Shown here: positions 9,610 to 20,600 of the stretch, in pieces
Position numbering within the stretch: position 1 is the first letter of the stretch
Layout of the letters: every line of letters begins with the position of its first letter
IMG/VR virus record: IMGVR_UViG_3300037851_001504
Span: 1 to 49,874 of that record
Length of the DNA stretch: 49,874 nt
Direction: 5' to 3' (one strand)
Source of the DNA: a virus
Taxonomy: Duplodnaviria; Caudoviricetes
Translations under genes and position numbers: made by a program
The notes under the pieces: generated by a model
What the model was told of the DNA's origin: nothing
Seen by the model: the letters and a program-made list of their open reading frames with translations, nothing else
The model's database searches: none

Positions 9610-10431
9610 CTATTTGTATGACAAGAATTTAGGAGTTATCTCTTCTATTCGTCCCTTCTTATCAGTCTTTAGAGAAATAAGCCACCCGCCTATTTCACTG
9701 CCAGATCCCATTCTAGAACTGAAACTGTTGGGTTCTTGCCACCCTCCAACCAATAAAGAATCTACTCCGTCGTGGTGAGAATAGTTCCTGTTGTGTGTAT
9801 GTCCCATTCCGTAAATATCCGCGCGTTTTTTTGGAGGTATATTTCTGACATACTTTTGCTGAGAGTATCCTATCGTGTACGGGACTCCACCAGCAAGATG
9901 AACCAAGTCCAACAAAGTAGGTGAATTAATAGACCCAAGATTAACCCTAGCATAGTTAGGCGCACCAAGATATTCAATATCATCCCTTTTCACCAGTTTA
10001 CCCATATCCACCCCCACCTTCTGAAACGCCTTTTCTTCGTGGTTTCCGGTTATGAAGTGAGTTTGTATATTTCCCGCCAGAGGATAATTCTCTTCTACAT
10101 ATTTGGCCTGATCCTCGACGGATACTGCGTATTGAGTATATGCCTGTCCAGGGAAGACTAAAACCCCGTCCATCATATCCCCAGCGTGGAAAGCGTGTTC
10201 TACTCCCTCGGCCTTTAGTTGTTTGTAGAATGCATCCAGGGCAGCTTCATTAGTATACTTAGAAGCGAGATGGGTATCTCCAAGAAGTCCGAATACCATA
10301 AGTCCACTAGGTGTCCTAGTTATAGGTATCTGGTGGACTACTTCTCCACTAAATAGTCTAACCCCTTTTCTGCGATCTTTTTCTATCGCGGCGTTGAGCT
10401 TTTCATAGTCAGTAGTGTCAGAGTCTCCCAT
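9610..10431 (-). CDS. Calcineurin-like metallophosphoesterase
   Basis: All five motifs present: GDTH, HAGDMMDG, GNHE, VH, GHTH. Confidence 0.9.
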   Translation of the reverse strand: MGDSDTTDYEKLNAAIEKDRRKGVRLFSGEVVHQIPITRTPSGLMVFGLLGDTHLASKYTNEAALDAFYKQLKAEGVEHAFHAGDMMDGVLVFPGQAYTQYAVSVEDQAKYVEENYPLAGNIQTHFITGNHEEKAFQKVGVDMGKLVKRDDIEYLGAPNYARVNLGSINSPTLLDLVHLAGGVPYTIGYSQQKYVRNIPPKKRADIYGMGHTHNRNYSHHDGVDSLLVGGWQEPNSFSSRMGSGSEIGGWLISLKTDKKGRIEEITPKFLSYK

Positions 10432-10508
10432 ACATTATTCAACTAAAAACTAGATTAAAAAGTCTCTGAAAGTAATACAATAAACTGACTCAAATAAAAA
10501 TGTACTCT

Positions 10509-10552
10509 AAAAAGAAAAATAAGAGGCCGCCAGACCCCCCTCTGACGGCCCC
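10509..10552 (-). terminator. Terminator downstream of the S-layer gene
   Basis: 12-bp GC-rich stem (GGGGCCGTCAGA/TCTGGCGGCCTC) followed by a T-rich run on the minus strand. Confidence 0.8.
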
Positions 10553-10558
10553 TGCTGC

Positions 10559-12592
10559 TTAAACCTTTACTTCTGTCCCAGATAGCGGACTTTGCTTATA
10601 CTTGGCAAGAACTTCAGCGGCCCTTGAAGTATCCATAGCGTCCCACCCAGCAACTACAATAGCGCTCTTGGAGCCACCAAAAGCACCATCTATCCAGAAG
10701 AGTTTGGCCCCTTCTGAGTAAGTACTCCTATCCGCATACTTGCTTCCAAGTTGTTTAACTAGCATATTGACAGACGGACCGCCAACCAGAATGAAATTCT
10801 GATTAAGATCTGTCACATCTGTGTCTAGTGTCGCAACAGGAATGTATGGTGCGGTAGTTGTAACTGCAGCCGTAGCTGTAACCACTGGCTTGGATATACT
10901 GACAGTGATTTTGTTCTGTTCAGAAGGCACATCTAACACAACTTCGCCGTTGTCTAGGCTTTCCTCTGGATTGTGCAGTTTTGCTCCATAAACAGACCAG
11001 AACTCATAGTCCTTGTCCCCAACCAGCTGAGTGTTGTACACTATGTCAGACGGCTGGGATGTCGCTCCCCTACCCTGACCAATCTTGTCGAAACCAGTGC
11101 CCGGAACGTCGGTAACGCTAACCTCGAAAGGTGCATCTCCGATATACCCAGAGCCGTCTCCATCGACATAGATTTTCAGCTTGTCACCTGCTTTATATGT
11201 GACCTTGACACTTGTAGTTCCAGCATAGTTGAGCTCAACGAGCTCCGCCTCGCTAGATGTAGATATTGCCTGACACTTAAATTCGTCGCCAGACAAAGTG
11301 TGGTATGAAACAACTGTTATGCCAGCCGAGGGGGAGTAAAGATACGCATCCTTAACATCTACACCATCAACTTGAGCGGTATACGCAGTTGGCCAGGTAA
11401 CTACCAAGGCTTCTTTAGTCTCAGAAATAGGCGTAACTCCGCAAGACGAGAATACTCTCTGCGAGTCAGACTGCCTTATCTTGAGTCCTTTGAAGTACCC
11501 AGAATCCTTTACGGTATACCCTACATTGTACAGCTTAAATCCATCAAAAAGGCCTGAAAGCGAAGACCCTGCCCCTAAACTAGCGGCACTTTCTGGATTG
11601 TATTGAACTGTAAAGGAGTGCAAACCATCTACATCACTATCGACATCCTTGAGAGTCCAGCTGTCATCTCCAAGGAACTTGTCATTTGCACTGACTGTCT
11701 TGGATAGTTTAGACCCGACGTATATCGTGGCAAACTGCATAGCGTCGCTAGACCTAAAGACATCAACTGCCTTTATAGCAATACCCGCAATAGTCTTTTC
11801 AACACCGGCGTTAAGAACGGCGGTATCCGATAATCCATCCTTGGTAACTGTCACGTAAACCTTGTCGCTAGTTACATCTATCCCTTTAAATGTAACTGTG
11901 GCTCCAGAGTCTACGTCAGAGAATGTCGGATTGTCGAGACTAACTGAGTGCTTTGATCCTGTTGATAGAACTAAGGCACCACTACCAGAATACCCCTTTA
12001 AAGTGACATCTTTTCCAAAGACATCAAAGGAGATCTCACCCTTTTCCTGTTTATATGGTTCATCAAAGACCATTTTAAACTCAACGGAGTCAGACGGAGC
12101 ATACACTTTGAACTTGCCTTTATCGGGAGAATCTATGCCCCTATCCACCTTAACACTGACGAGGTATATTTCCTGGTGAGCCTTTATGCTATCGGAGCTA
12201 TCCTTGTACTTTAGTTCATAGTCACCTGAATAGTCGTGCAAAATTGACAACTTCGAGCTCCTAATAGGTGTGACAAACCCAGGAGCAGATGCTACATATC
12301 CGCCGAAAGGAACGTCTCCTTTAACTTCTTCAAAGACTGCCGGAGCTGCCGCAATAGGCGCATTTATGGCCTGTCCAAGGGCCGCAGCTATACCAATGGC
12401 TCCAACCACATCAGCAGATGCGGCATTAGCCCCTACCACTATCTTGCCGTCGAACCCTCCGTTCTTGACGAAAGGTGCGGGGAAGGTAGTGAAATCTCCA
12501 GCAAAAGCTGCACCAGCCACGGTTGCACCGAGCATTGCTACTCCGACTGCACCGGTCGCTACAACTTTAGCTACTTTACTCATCTTGTTCAT
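10559..12592 (-). CDS. Archaeal S-layer protein (Methanococcales/Thermococcales/DPANN type, S_layer_N and S_layer_C ends)
   Basis: Signal peptide, then FPAPFVKNGGFDGKIVVGANAASADVVGAIGIAAAL; C-terminal LDTD..NFILVGGPSVN...AIVVAGWDAMDTSRAA; AAGGAG RBS. Confidence 0.88.
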   Translation of the reverse strand: MNKMSKVAKVVATGAVGVAMLGATVAGAAFAGDFTTFPAPFVKNGGFDGKIVVGANAASADVVGAIGIAAALGQAINAPIAAAPAVFEEVKGDVPFGGYVASAPGFVTPIRSSKLSILHDYSGDYELKYKDSSDSIKAHQEIYLVSVKVDRGIDSPDKGKFKVYAPSDSVEFKMVFDEPYKQEKGEISFDVFGKDVTLKGYSGSGALVLSTGSKHSVSLDNPTFSDVDSGATVTFKGIDVTSDKVYVTVTKDGLSDTAVLNAGVEKTIAGIAIKAVDVFRSSDAMQFATIYVGSKLSKTVSANDKFLGDDSWTLKDVDSDVDGLHSFTVQYNPESAASLGAGSSLSGLFDGFKLYNVGYTVKDSGYFKGLKIRQSDSQRVFSSCGVTPISETKEALVVTWPTAYTAQVDGVDVKDAYLYSPSAGITVVSYHTLSGDEFKCQAISTSSEAELVELNYAGTTSVKVTYKAGDKLKIYVDGDGSGYIGDAPFEVSVTDVPGTGFDKIGQGRGATSQPSDIVYNTQLVGDKDYEFWSVYGAKLHNPEESLDNGEVVLDVPSEQNKITVSISKPVVTATAAVTTTAPYIPVATLDTDVTDLNQNFILVGGPSVNMLVKQLGSKYADRSTYSEGAKLFWIDGAFGGSKSAIVVAGWDAMDTSRAAEVLAKYKQSPLSGTEVKV

Positions 12593-12661
12593 TTCTGTTT
12601 TCTCCTTACTTTTTTATATTGAGCACTATAGGTATCCATTCATATTTGTCGGACATCCACC

Positions 12662-13117
12662 CTATTGCTCAGGAGCCTTTTCCTCTGGTTTAACCTCTGC
12701 AGGTGCCGGAGTTACAGGCTCTTCTTTCTTAACCTTGAAGAAAAAGTCCTTTAGACTAAAAAGTGCTTTGCCTGCCTTGTCCAAGAACCCTTCAAGATTG
12801 AGCTTGACTTTTATAAACTTCCAGGTTTCGTTAGCAACATAGTTTACAGATCCGCTAGCCATTGCCTGGACGACTATGCCCTCTACTCCTGTATAGGGTA
12901 GTCCTACAACGGTTGCGGCAACTGGATAAACAAGTCCAGACCCCAAGGCTATAATTCCTAACGGAGCGAACTTGTTAAAATCCCATTCTTCAGGATCTAT
13001 CTCATCATCCAAGTCCTTATCTACTTGCTTTTTATATTCTTTCCACGCATATCCAAGAGCTACCGCTTCAGATACTAAAATGCTTTTACCTAAGGTAAGT
13101 ATCGGTAACATATCCAT
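12662..13117 (-). CDS. Membrane protein, holin-like
   Basis: 2-3 hydrophobic segments and a charged C-terminus; TATA-like GAAGTGTTATAAG upstream. Confidence 0.55.
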   Translation of the reverse strand: MDMLPILTLGKSILVSEAVALGYAWKEYKKQVDKDLDDEIDPEEWDFNKFAPLGIIALGSGLVYPVAATVVGLPYTGVEGIVVQAMASGSVNYVANETWKFIKVKLNLEGFLDKAGKALFSLKDFFFKVKKEEPVTPAPAEVKPEEKAPEQ

Positions 13118-13184
13118 ACTTCTGTTCCCTATCCTATTCCTTATAACACTTCTCTAGCTTTGTCCCACATTTGGGCCATTATAT

Positions 13185-14654
13185 TTACTTCCACAAGAAT
13201 GACATAGTATCTATTTTGGCTCCGTTGGCCCCAAACGATACTCTGAGAACGATCTGATTTCCATATCCAGATATACTAAATGCCGTGTTATTCTGAACGG
13301 TTGTAAAGGTAGCTCCCGCGTCTAGGGAATATTCTAAAGTAGCAGATCCTAGACCCTCGCCTTTTAGAAGGAAGACTCCATCTGTAGGCGTATTAGCTAC
13401 ATATTTAGCCGTGGTTTGTAAACTAGCCGAAGAAGATGAGCTAGTAACTGCTCCAGATGCAATAGCGCAATCTATAAGAGTTTGTATATCCGTACTGTCG
13501 TTAAATGGAAAGGTCCACGAATAATTCATATCGTTGGCGTTATAAGAAGACGTAGCAGTTCTAATGGCGGTATCGTGTAGTTTGATAAAGCTAGATAACC
13601 TACGAATCTCCTTTTGCACAGTTACAGTTGTAGTTATTCCTGGAATAGTGCGAAGGTCATACATTATCTTATTAGCGATATAGGAACCATCTACACCATC
13701 ATATGGGGAGTATATGTTTATCTTCTGCCCTGGTTTTAGTGTTTCTGCGCCCATTCCCTGGACTTCTCCGACTTCTGGAGCATCTTTGCGGAGTAATACT
13801 TCTGCTAGCGCTCGCTCATCAGCAGCTAACTGAGTAGATATTGTAGTATCTTTTATACTTAGTTCTTTTTCTCCGTACTCATTTATAGACGCCTGGTCTT
13901 CATAGTATCCAAGTATGGGAACTCCATCATCTACAGTGCCGCTAACTCTGACTTTATTGACCACTTGCGAAGTATCGGGCCCAAAGCCAGAAACATAGAA
14001 AATGTTTTGCTCGCTTACGAAAGCATCGTCAGTGTTCTCAACAGAACCAGTGACGTAGGATATTGCCTCCTTTCCGGGGGTAAAATATAAGGAATGCCCT
14101 ATCTTATCCAACACCTGAGAAATGGCGTCTAGGATGGGAGTATCTTCAAACTCTATACTTATTGTAGTTCCGGGCGTAGTTGTTATTCCGCTAGTTCCAA
14201 ACTCACTGGTTTTGTATGTTAATAAGTCAATCAATATATCAGATCCAAGTTCCTCGTAATATGACTTGGTTATTTTAGTATCTTGGTATACTACTTCGTG
14301 AGACCTAGCCAGAAGTTTGATTTCTAAGGTATCTGCAGATGTCTTTCCGGGGTAATCTATATGTCCTTCAAAGACAAGAACCGTAGGGTCTACAGCCCGC
14401 TCAATGTATATAGATAGGACCTCCCCCCCGGTTAGTTTGTCGCTATACGTGCCGTCTGAGTTGTTGATTACCCCAGAGAAAGTGGATATATTTGGTGGAC
14501 CGACTAGAGTAACTGTCCCTTCATCCAAGTCATCTGATATATCTAAAACTGTTGAGTCTTTTAGAGTTATAGTTGCTTTGTATTCTGGGTCGTTGTCATA
14601 GGGAATCCAAATAACAATTTCAGAATCGTCGCGCTCAACTGCAGAGTCTGCCAT
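13185..14654 (-). CDS. Baseplate hub / tail tip protein (T4 gp27/Tal-like)
   Basis: VFEGHID, NKVRVSG, DQASINEYGEKE, LKPGQKINI motifs; lies downstream of tape measure and Dit. Confidence 0.75.
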   Translation of the reverse strand: MADSAVERDDSEIVIWIPYDNDPEYKATITLKDSTVLDISDDLDEGTVTLVGPPNISTFSGVINNSDGTYSDKLTGGEVLSIYIERAVDPTVLVFEGHIDYPGKTSADTLEIKLLARSHEVVYQDTKITKSYYEELGSDILIDLLTYKTSEFGTSGITTTPGTTISIEFEDTPILDAISQVLDKIGHSLYFTPGKEAISYVTGSVENTDDAFVSEQNIFYVSGFGPDTSQVVNKVRVSGTVDDGVPILGYYEDQASINEYGEKELSIKDTTISTQLAADERALAEVLLRKDAPEVGEVQGMGAETLKPGQKINIYSPYDGVDGSYIANKIMYDLRTIPGITTTVTVQKEIRRLSSFIKLHDTAIRTATSSYNANDMNYSWTFPFNDSTDIQTLIDCAIASGAVTSSSSSASLQTTAKYVANTPTDGVFLLKGEGLGSATLEYSLDAGATFTTVQNNTAFSISGYGNQIVLRVSFGANGAKIDTMSFLWK

Positions 14655-17600
14655 CTAGGATGCCCCCACACACCCTTCACAAAGAACTGACCATTTGTAT
14701 GAGTTGGTTAGTATCCTAGGGTCGCAGCTAACTATATCTAGCCACACCCAACCAGTTCCATTGTACGTGGTATTTGCCTTTGTTAAGTACTGCTTCGTTG
14801 TATTGGAGATCCTCCCGTTACTCTTCGAGCTGGAGTTTGATATGGTGAAGTTATAGCACGAATTGGGGGTAGATGCAAGGCTTTGGTATATATAGAATGG
14901 ATGGTCAACAACAGAGTCAAAAGTTACTATTGGTTGTGTGTCATTCTGTCCAGTGGGCGTTATGTTAGCTTGGGTGCGAGACTTGGGAACAAATCCCATA
15001 CGAGATATATACTGAGGATATATTGTGCTGAAATTGCTGTAGTATATGCTGGCAGTAACGTTCACGTCGGCTCCGCTAGTATTTGCTATGATCGTCAAAT
15101 TCTTCGGTCCTAGGTAGTTTATCATCAGCCCGTCTACTTGGGTTCCATTGGTCGAATTATATATCGGTATAGTTAAGGTACTGTTAGTTAATAGTAAGTT
15201 CTCAATGGTTGTAGTATTAAGTGATATTGGATTAACTGTATATGTAAAGTTGATGTTGTTTATTTCCACTATGCCAGGAAGGTCAGATGAAACAGCGAAA
15301 CTTACAGGGCACGACGGGTTACTACACGTAGAAGACAGCGCCTGAACATCTGCATTTGGAACAACTACTTCGCTGGTAGCATTGAATGTTCCAGAATAAC
15401 TCCACAAAGGAGATGTAGAACTTCCTATATAAACCTTCGGATTGCTAACTAAAGATGTATAATTGAAAACCAACGTATAATTGTATAACTTCGATGTATA
15501 TTCTGGAATAGTTGTGTTGAACGTAGCCATAAGGCGCCCGTGCATACCAGTGGATCCAGTGATATTTATCGTCTGATTTGGTCTGATAGAGTACCAAGAT
15601 GCTCCGTTATTTGGGCTGAAGAAGTAAGTTATATTGTCTCCCCAAGGTAGTGACTCATTAACTTCCAAATAAACATTTGTAAAATTAAACCTAGGAGAAA
15701 GTATGCTGCTGGAAACATATGTCCTAACATCTGCTCCTATGTATTGTTTGTTTGTCTGGGCAAACTGGCTGGCCTCTCCAGGGTGTCTAGCATATTCTAC
15801 ATAGTTACGTGATGCATTTAAGTTAGTTATGTTTTTAATCATGATTTCAGATGATGCAGAACCGGATCCTACTCTAGTGCAAGATACACAGCTGCTTTTT
15901 GAAGTGGTGTTAAATATAAACTTAGTCTGACTAGCACTAACGTAATTCGCAGAGGATACCCAAGTAAAGGTCACGTCATCTGTGTTATAATCACACTCGG
16001 TTAGCTGTCCGGGTGGCCCACAGTACACATCTTGGTATCGAGATATCGAATATATCGAATCCCACGCCGCCGTCGCCCAGTTATACGCATATATGTGCAT
16101 ATCATGTTGTCCATAGTAAGCCCAGCAAGTGCGTGCGTTGTAGGTTAAATTGAAGAAGTAGTAATCTCCGCTCAAAGCAGAACCGTGCTTTATTTCTCCA
16201 GATGAATATGTTTCTCCCCAAGCACCCTTTTCTGACCAGGCCTCAGCAGCTATTCTAGCAGCACTAACGTTATCGTTATCAACTGCGGAGTCTCCTGGAG
16301 ATGCATAATAATATCCTCCATAGAGCCCCCCCGACCATGAAGTTATTGGATTTTCGGCCCATATATAGGTCCAAGATGCATCGACAGTACCATTCTGTTT
16401 TGCTTCGCCAGCGGTAGTGTTGCACGTTGTCTGAGACGATGTTTTAGTTCCATCTATGGTGTCATTGCCAACTTCTGATGTAGTGATATTCCAGCCAGTT
16501 ATATTGAATTTGGCGGACGAGATGATGCCCTGTTTAGATATTGGGACATTAAAAGATCCACTAGATCCAGCAGAGCCCACTGACAACGTTATATTGGTAT
16601 CGTTGCTTCCGGTTGATTCTCTGCTTTGTCGTACATTTGTTCCTTCGAGGTATCCTGGCAAGGATACATCTATATTTCCATTGCTTCCCAGAAATACTTG
16701 AGTATCTAGCGGATACGACCCTAATACGGGAAACGCTGTTAGGTTCATAACTGCGCTAGTTACTTTAACTGGAGCAGACTGGCTTAGGTTATTTTGAACG
16801 AGGGCAACTGAGAATCCGCCTACAAATCTATTCCAGTACATAGATTCTTCATATATTAAAGAACCATAGGGGTCTCCCATATACGTCCATCCAGACCCGT
16901 TGTAACAGTACAGGTAGTTGTGCATAGGCGCAACACCAGTTTGAATTATGCCTATTTTCACCGGAGACTGAGATAAACACGAACCATTCACTGAATAGTT
17001 TGCGTCATTGACTTCGCTCTTATACCTCCATAAAGACGCATTGTTTAAGTCTATGCCGACCGGGGAATAATAAGATATATTGGTTATGCAAGTAGTATAT
17101 GCCCCGCATGCAGCTGGGGTTGAATAATCTCCATCAAAGAAAGCAGCATGCGATATTAGATAATCTACAGAATAACTACCATTAGTTGTGCCTCCACAGA
17201 TACCTGAATTAGTTAAATTTTCTTGGAGACATATTGGGCTAACTACATTAGTTAAATTAAAAGAGGTTGAATTGCTACCAACCGGCCTATATTCGTTGCT
17301 TATAGCAGACCAAACATATGAAGTTTTATTTTCGGTGCAATTCTTTGTTCCTGGTGAGTAGTAATCTGGGAAGTTAAGGCACACCATATTTCCACAAGAT
17401 ACTGCCTCTGTTAAAGACGTAGTATTGTATTCATACTTGCCAGTGCTTGTTCCATTGAAGAATATTTGAAGGTTTGAAGATTGCGTTAAGGTTCTAATAT
17501 CGGTTTGGTTGAATTGAGATGCATTGTCATAGGTAGTTGCATAGTACCACTCATTGGTGCAGTTTGTAGTTGAGTAGTTAAGCGACCACAGACATTCAGT

Positions 17601-20600
17601 TTGATTGGCGCAGTCATATGTGGCGTTGTAGAATGAGGAAACAAAAGATATATTAGTTACTCCATAGTCGTCGGTGGCATTTATAGTGAAGTTGTTTGTT
17701 CCTGGAGTTGTGGCTGATGCAGACGGACTTGTTACGTTTACAAAGGGAATAGTATCCACAGTAAAGTAGTAAACTGGCGTATTGTTAGTCCAAGCACACC
17801 TATCTTCCAAAGTAGCATACACTCGATAGTACCCGGAGGTTAGGTCAGATATATCTGCAGTACAATACCCCCCAGTCGAAGTATTGTATAATACCCCCGG
17901 ACGGATAGTGTCATTTACATAGTACGTACAAGACCACAGAGCCAAATCTGCTCCAGATACATTAAGAAGCTGCGACGTAGGAACCACGCTGTTGTTGGAT
18001 GCTGGATATATCCACGAAGTAACTGGTTCAGATGATCCGACGGGGCCATCAAAGTATACTGTTATGTTGTGAACAAAACTTAGGTTTCCATTCCCAGCAT
18101 TGTCATAGGGAGCGGCACTCATTCTGTATATTCCATATGTTCCTTGCGAGTCTCCATAGTACGTGCCTGTTGAAGTTCCTATGATTTTCCACGTGGAGTC
18201 CAACCCGTTCCACGACCAGTTGGAGTATATGTCATACCTACTAATGCCACTTCCTCCAGCATTATCTGATCCATATGTATACACAATATCTGTTAGGTGC
18301 TGGTTTACGCAATTCCGCCCGCTTCCATCCATAAATTCTATACCAGTGAAGATCGGTTCAATAGTGTCCTTTCCAAAGGTATTATTCGAGGTGGTGGTGC
18401 ATTGATCTAATATGTCACACGCCTGCCCAAAGTACCAATAGTATCCATCAGTAGGTACAACTATCGAGAAGCTAGTATTAGTGTCGTTATACGGACTAGA
18501 ATTAGTGACTGAAGTATACCCACTGATGTTAGAGAAAAAAGTAACGTTCTTTAGAGATAAGTCATCTGCCGCATAAATCTTAAAGACATATGGAGATGTA
18601 TTAGAATATGTAAGGCCGCTTGGATATATTGTGGCTGTTGGATCTCCAGTATCAAAGTAAAGCGTTCTGTTGACTCCAAATGACGAATTGGTGTTGTTAA
18701 ACGTATCATTAACAGATGCAGACCATACATATATTCCAGACGTTATTCCGCCAGCTAGAATTGTGAAGTTACCATCAACGTTTGTGCAGCTAGAATTCTT
18801 TATTCCCCAGCCAGACCAGTTTCCATATAAGGATGCACAATTTAGTGCTGCTGGGCCATTGCTAGTGCTGTTTATGATGAACGTAACTGGGTTAATCGAA
18901 GAGATGTTGTTATCTGCAGGATCCAGTAGATTGACACTTGGCGCAACGGAGTCCATATCTAGTGTGTAGTTGAAGACAAAGCTATTGTTTGCTATGGTAG
19001 ATTCTCCAGTTACCACGAAATCATATGTGTACGTTCCTTCCGATAGGCTATTTATTAGGAAACTAAAGTCGTTTTCGGAAGGGGTGTTGTTGGTCTGGTT
19101 GAGCGCCCAGGAACCAGTAAAGTTCGAGTATAGGCTTGCAGATGTAGCCCCACAATAGTTACTCACAGATATGTTCAAATAGAATGAATTGTTTTCCTTT
19201 CTATTATTTGGATAAGATATGGTGTAATTTATCATTCCAGCGTCATAACATACAGTATAGTTTTCTAAAAAGCTCCTATTTGTATGACCGAAGGTGTCGT
19301 TTCCAGCCACAGACAACTTCCAATAGCCTGCTGATGGGAATGCAAACGACTGATTGGTTAAGTTGTGGTATCCATCTGTCCATAAGTCGCACGTGGAGTT
19401 ATGCAAAGCCCATGATCCACTAAAGTTGTTCCAGAATTCTGTACAAGCTGGAAAGGAGTCAACCAACGCACTAACTAATATGTCTGGAGAGTTTTTGGTC
19501 GCAGACACTTGGGTTCCATAGCTGAGTAAGTAAAAGCCAGGGAATATCAGAGGCTCGCTGTAATCAACGAAGAAAGATTGTTCGTTTGTATTGTTACAAT
19601 TACCCGCCAAGTCGCAGGCGTCTCCTAACCAAGTGTATGTTCCTTCTGATAGATCGCTGAAGTCGAATATTGTGTTGGAATTGTTAAATGGTGTAAAGTT
19701 GGTTGTTTTATCTGAAGGGAAGGTCCAGTAAACCGCTTCTTCATAAAATGAAGGATTGTTCAATGAATTTATTTGATATATTGGAATATATGACGTTCCC
19801 TGGAGACACCCAACTCGTGCAACAGACGATCCTAAAACAATGTTATCTGTCAATGACAAAGATATATTGATATCTGAGGATATGCAAGCCGAAGGAATTG
19901 TTAAATTAAGTGTTTGAGGCGACGCATACTCTCCAAAGCGCACTAAAAGAGTAGCGGCGTCTACGCCTGGTGGAACTGTATATAATACACTAGAATTAGA
20001 CACAACTGTGCCTATCCCATAGCAAGAAAACCATCCAGTAGTATCCCAATCTCCATCAAAGACATCTATAAATGTATCTAAACCTCCAAAGGTATCGCTA
20101 CAATATTGTGGTGAGAAGTTACCAGTATCTAGCCCCCCACAAGAAGTCGTAACATTGGGGGTTTCTTGATAACACACTTCCCCAGACGGAAACCAAACTG
20201 ACTGATTGGCAAACCCATAATTATCGGTCCCGAAAAGGGTTAAGTTGACGTTGGATGAATCTATCCATTGAGCATCCGAAGGAAATATTTGTTGAATAAA
20301 CGGACTGGTATGGTCAATAATGAATTCTTCCGAATGTGCAGTAGCGGATAACTCGTTAGCGTCTGTGGCAGTTACTTGTACCTCATAGGTTCCTTCGGAA
20401 ATAGTCGTAGTGTCCCAAAAGAAGCTGAATGTGGTATTGGATGCATTGTATATATTCTCTATAACAGTCTCATTTGGATACGCAAGAGTAATATTATAGT
20501 ACTTTATGTAATATCCATTGGGAGATGCAGACGGATTCCAGTTAATGGTTATGTTATTATAGTATCCCTCGGATGGGCTAAACACTATTGGCTGGGTTGG

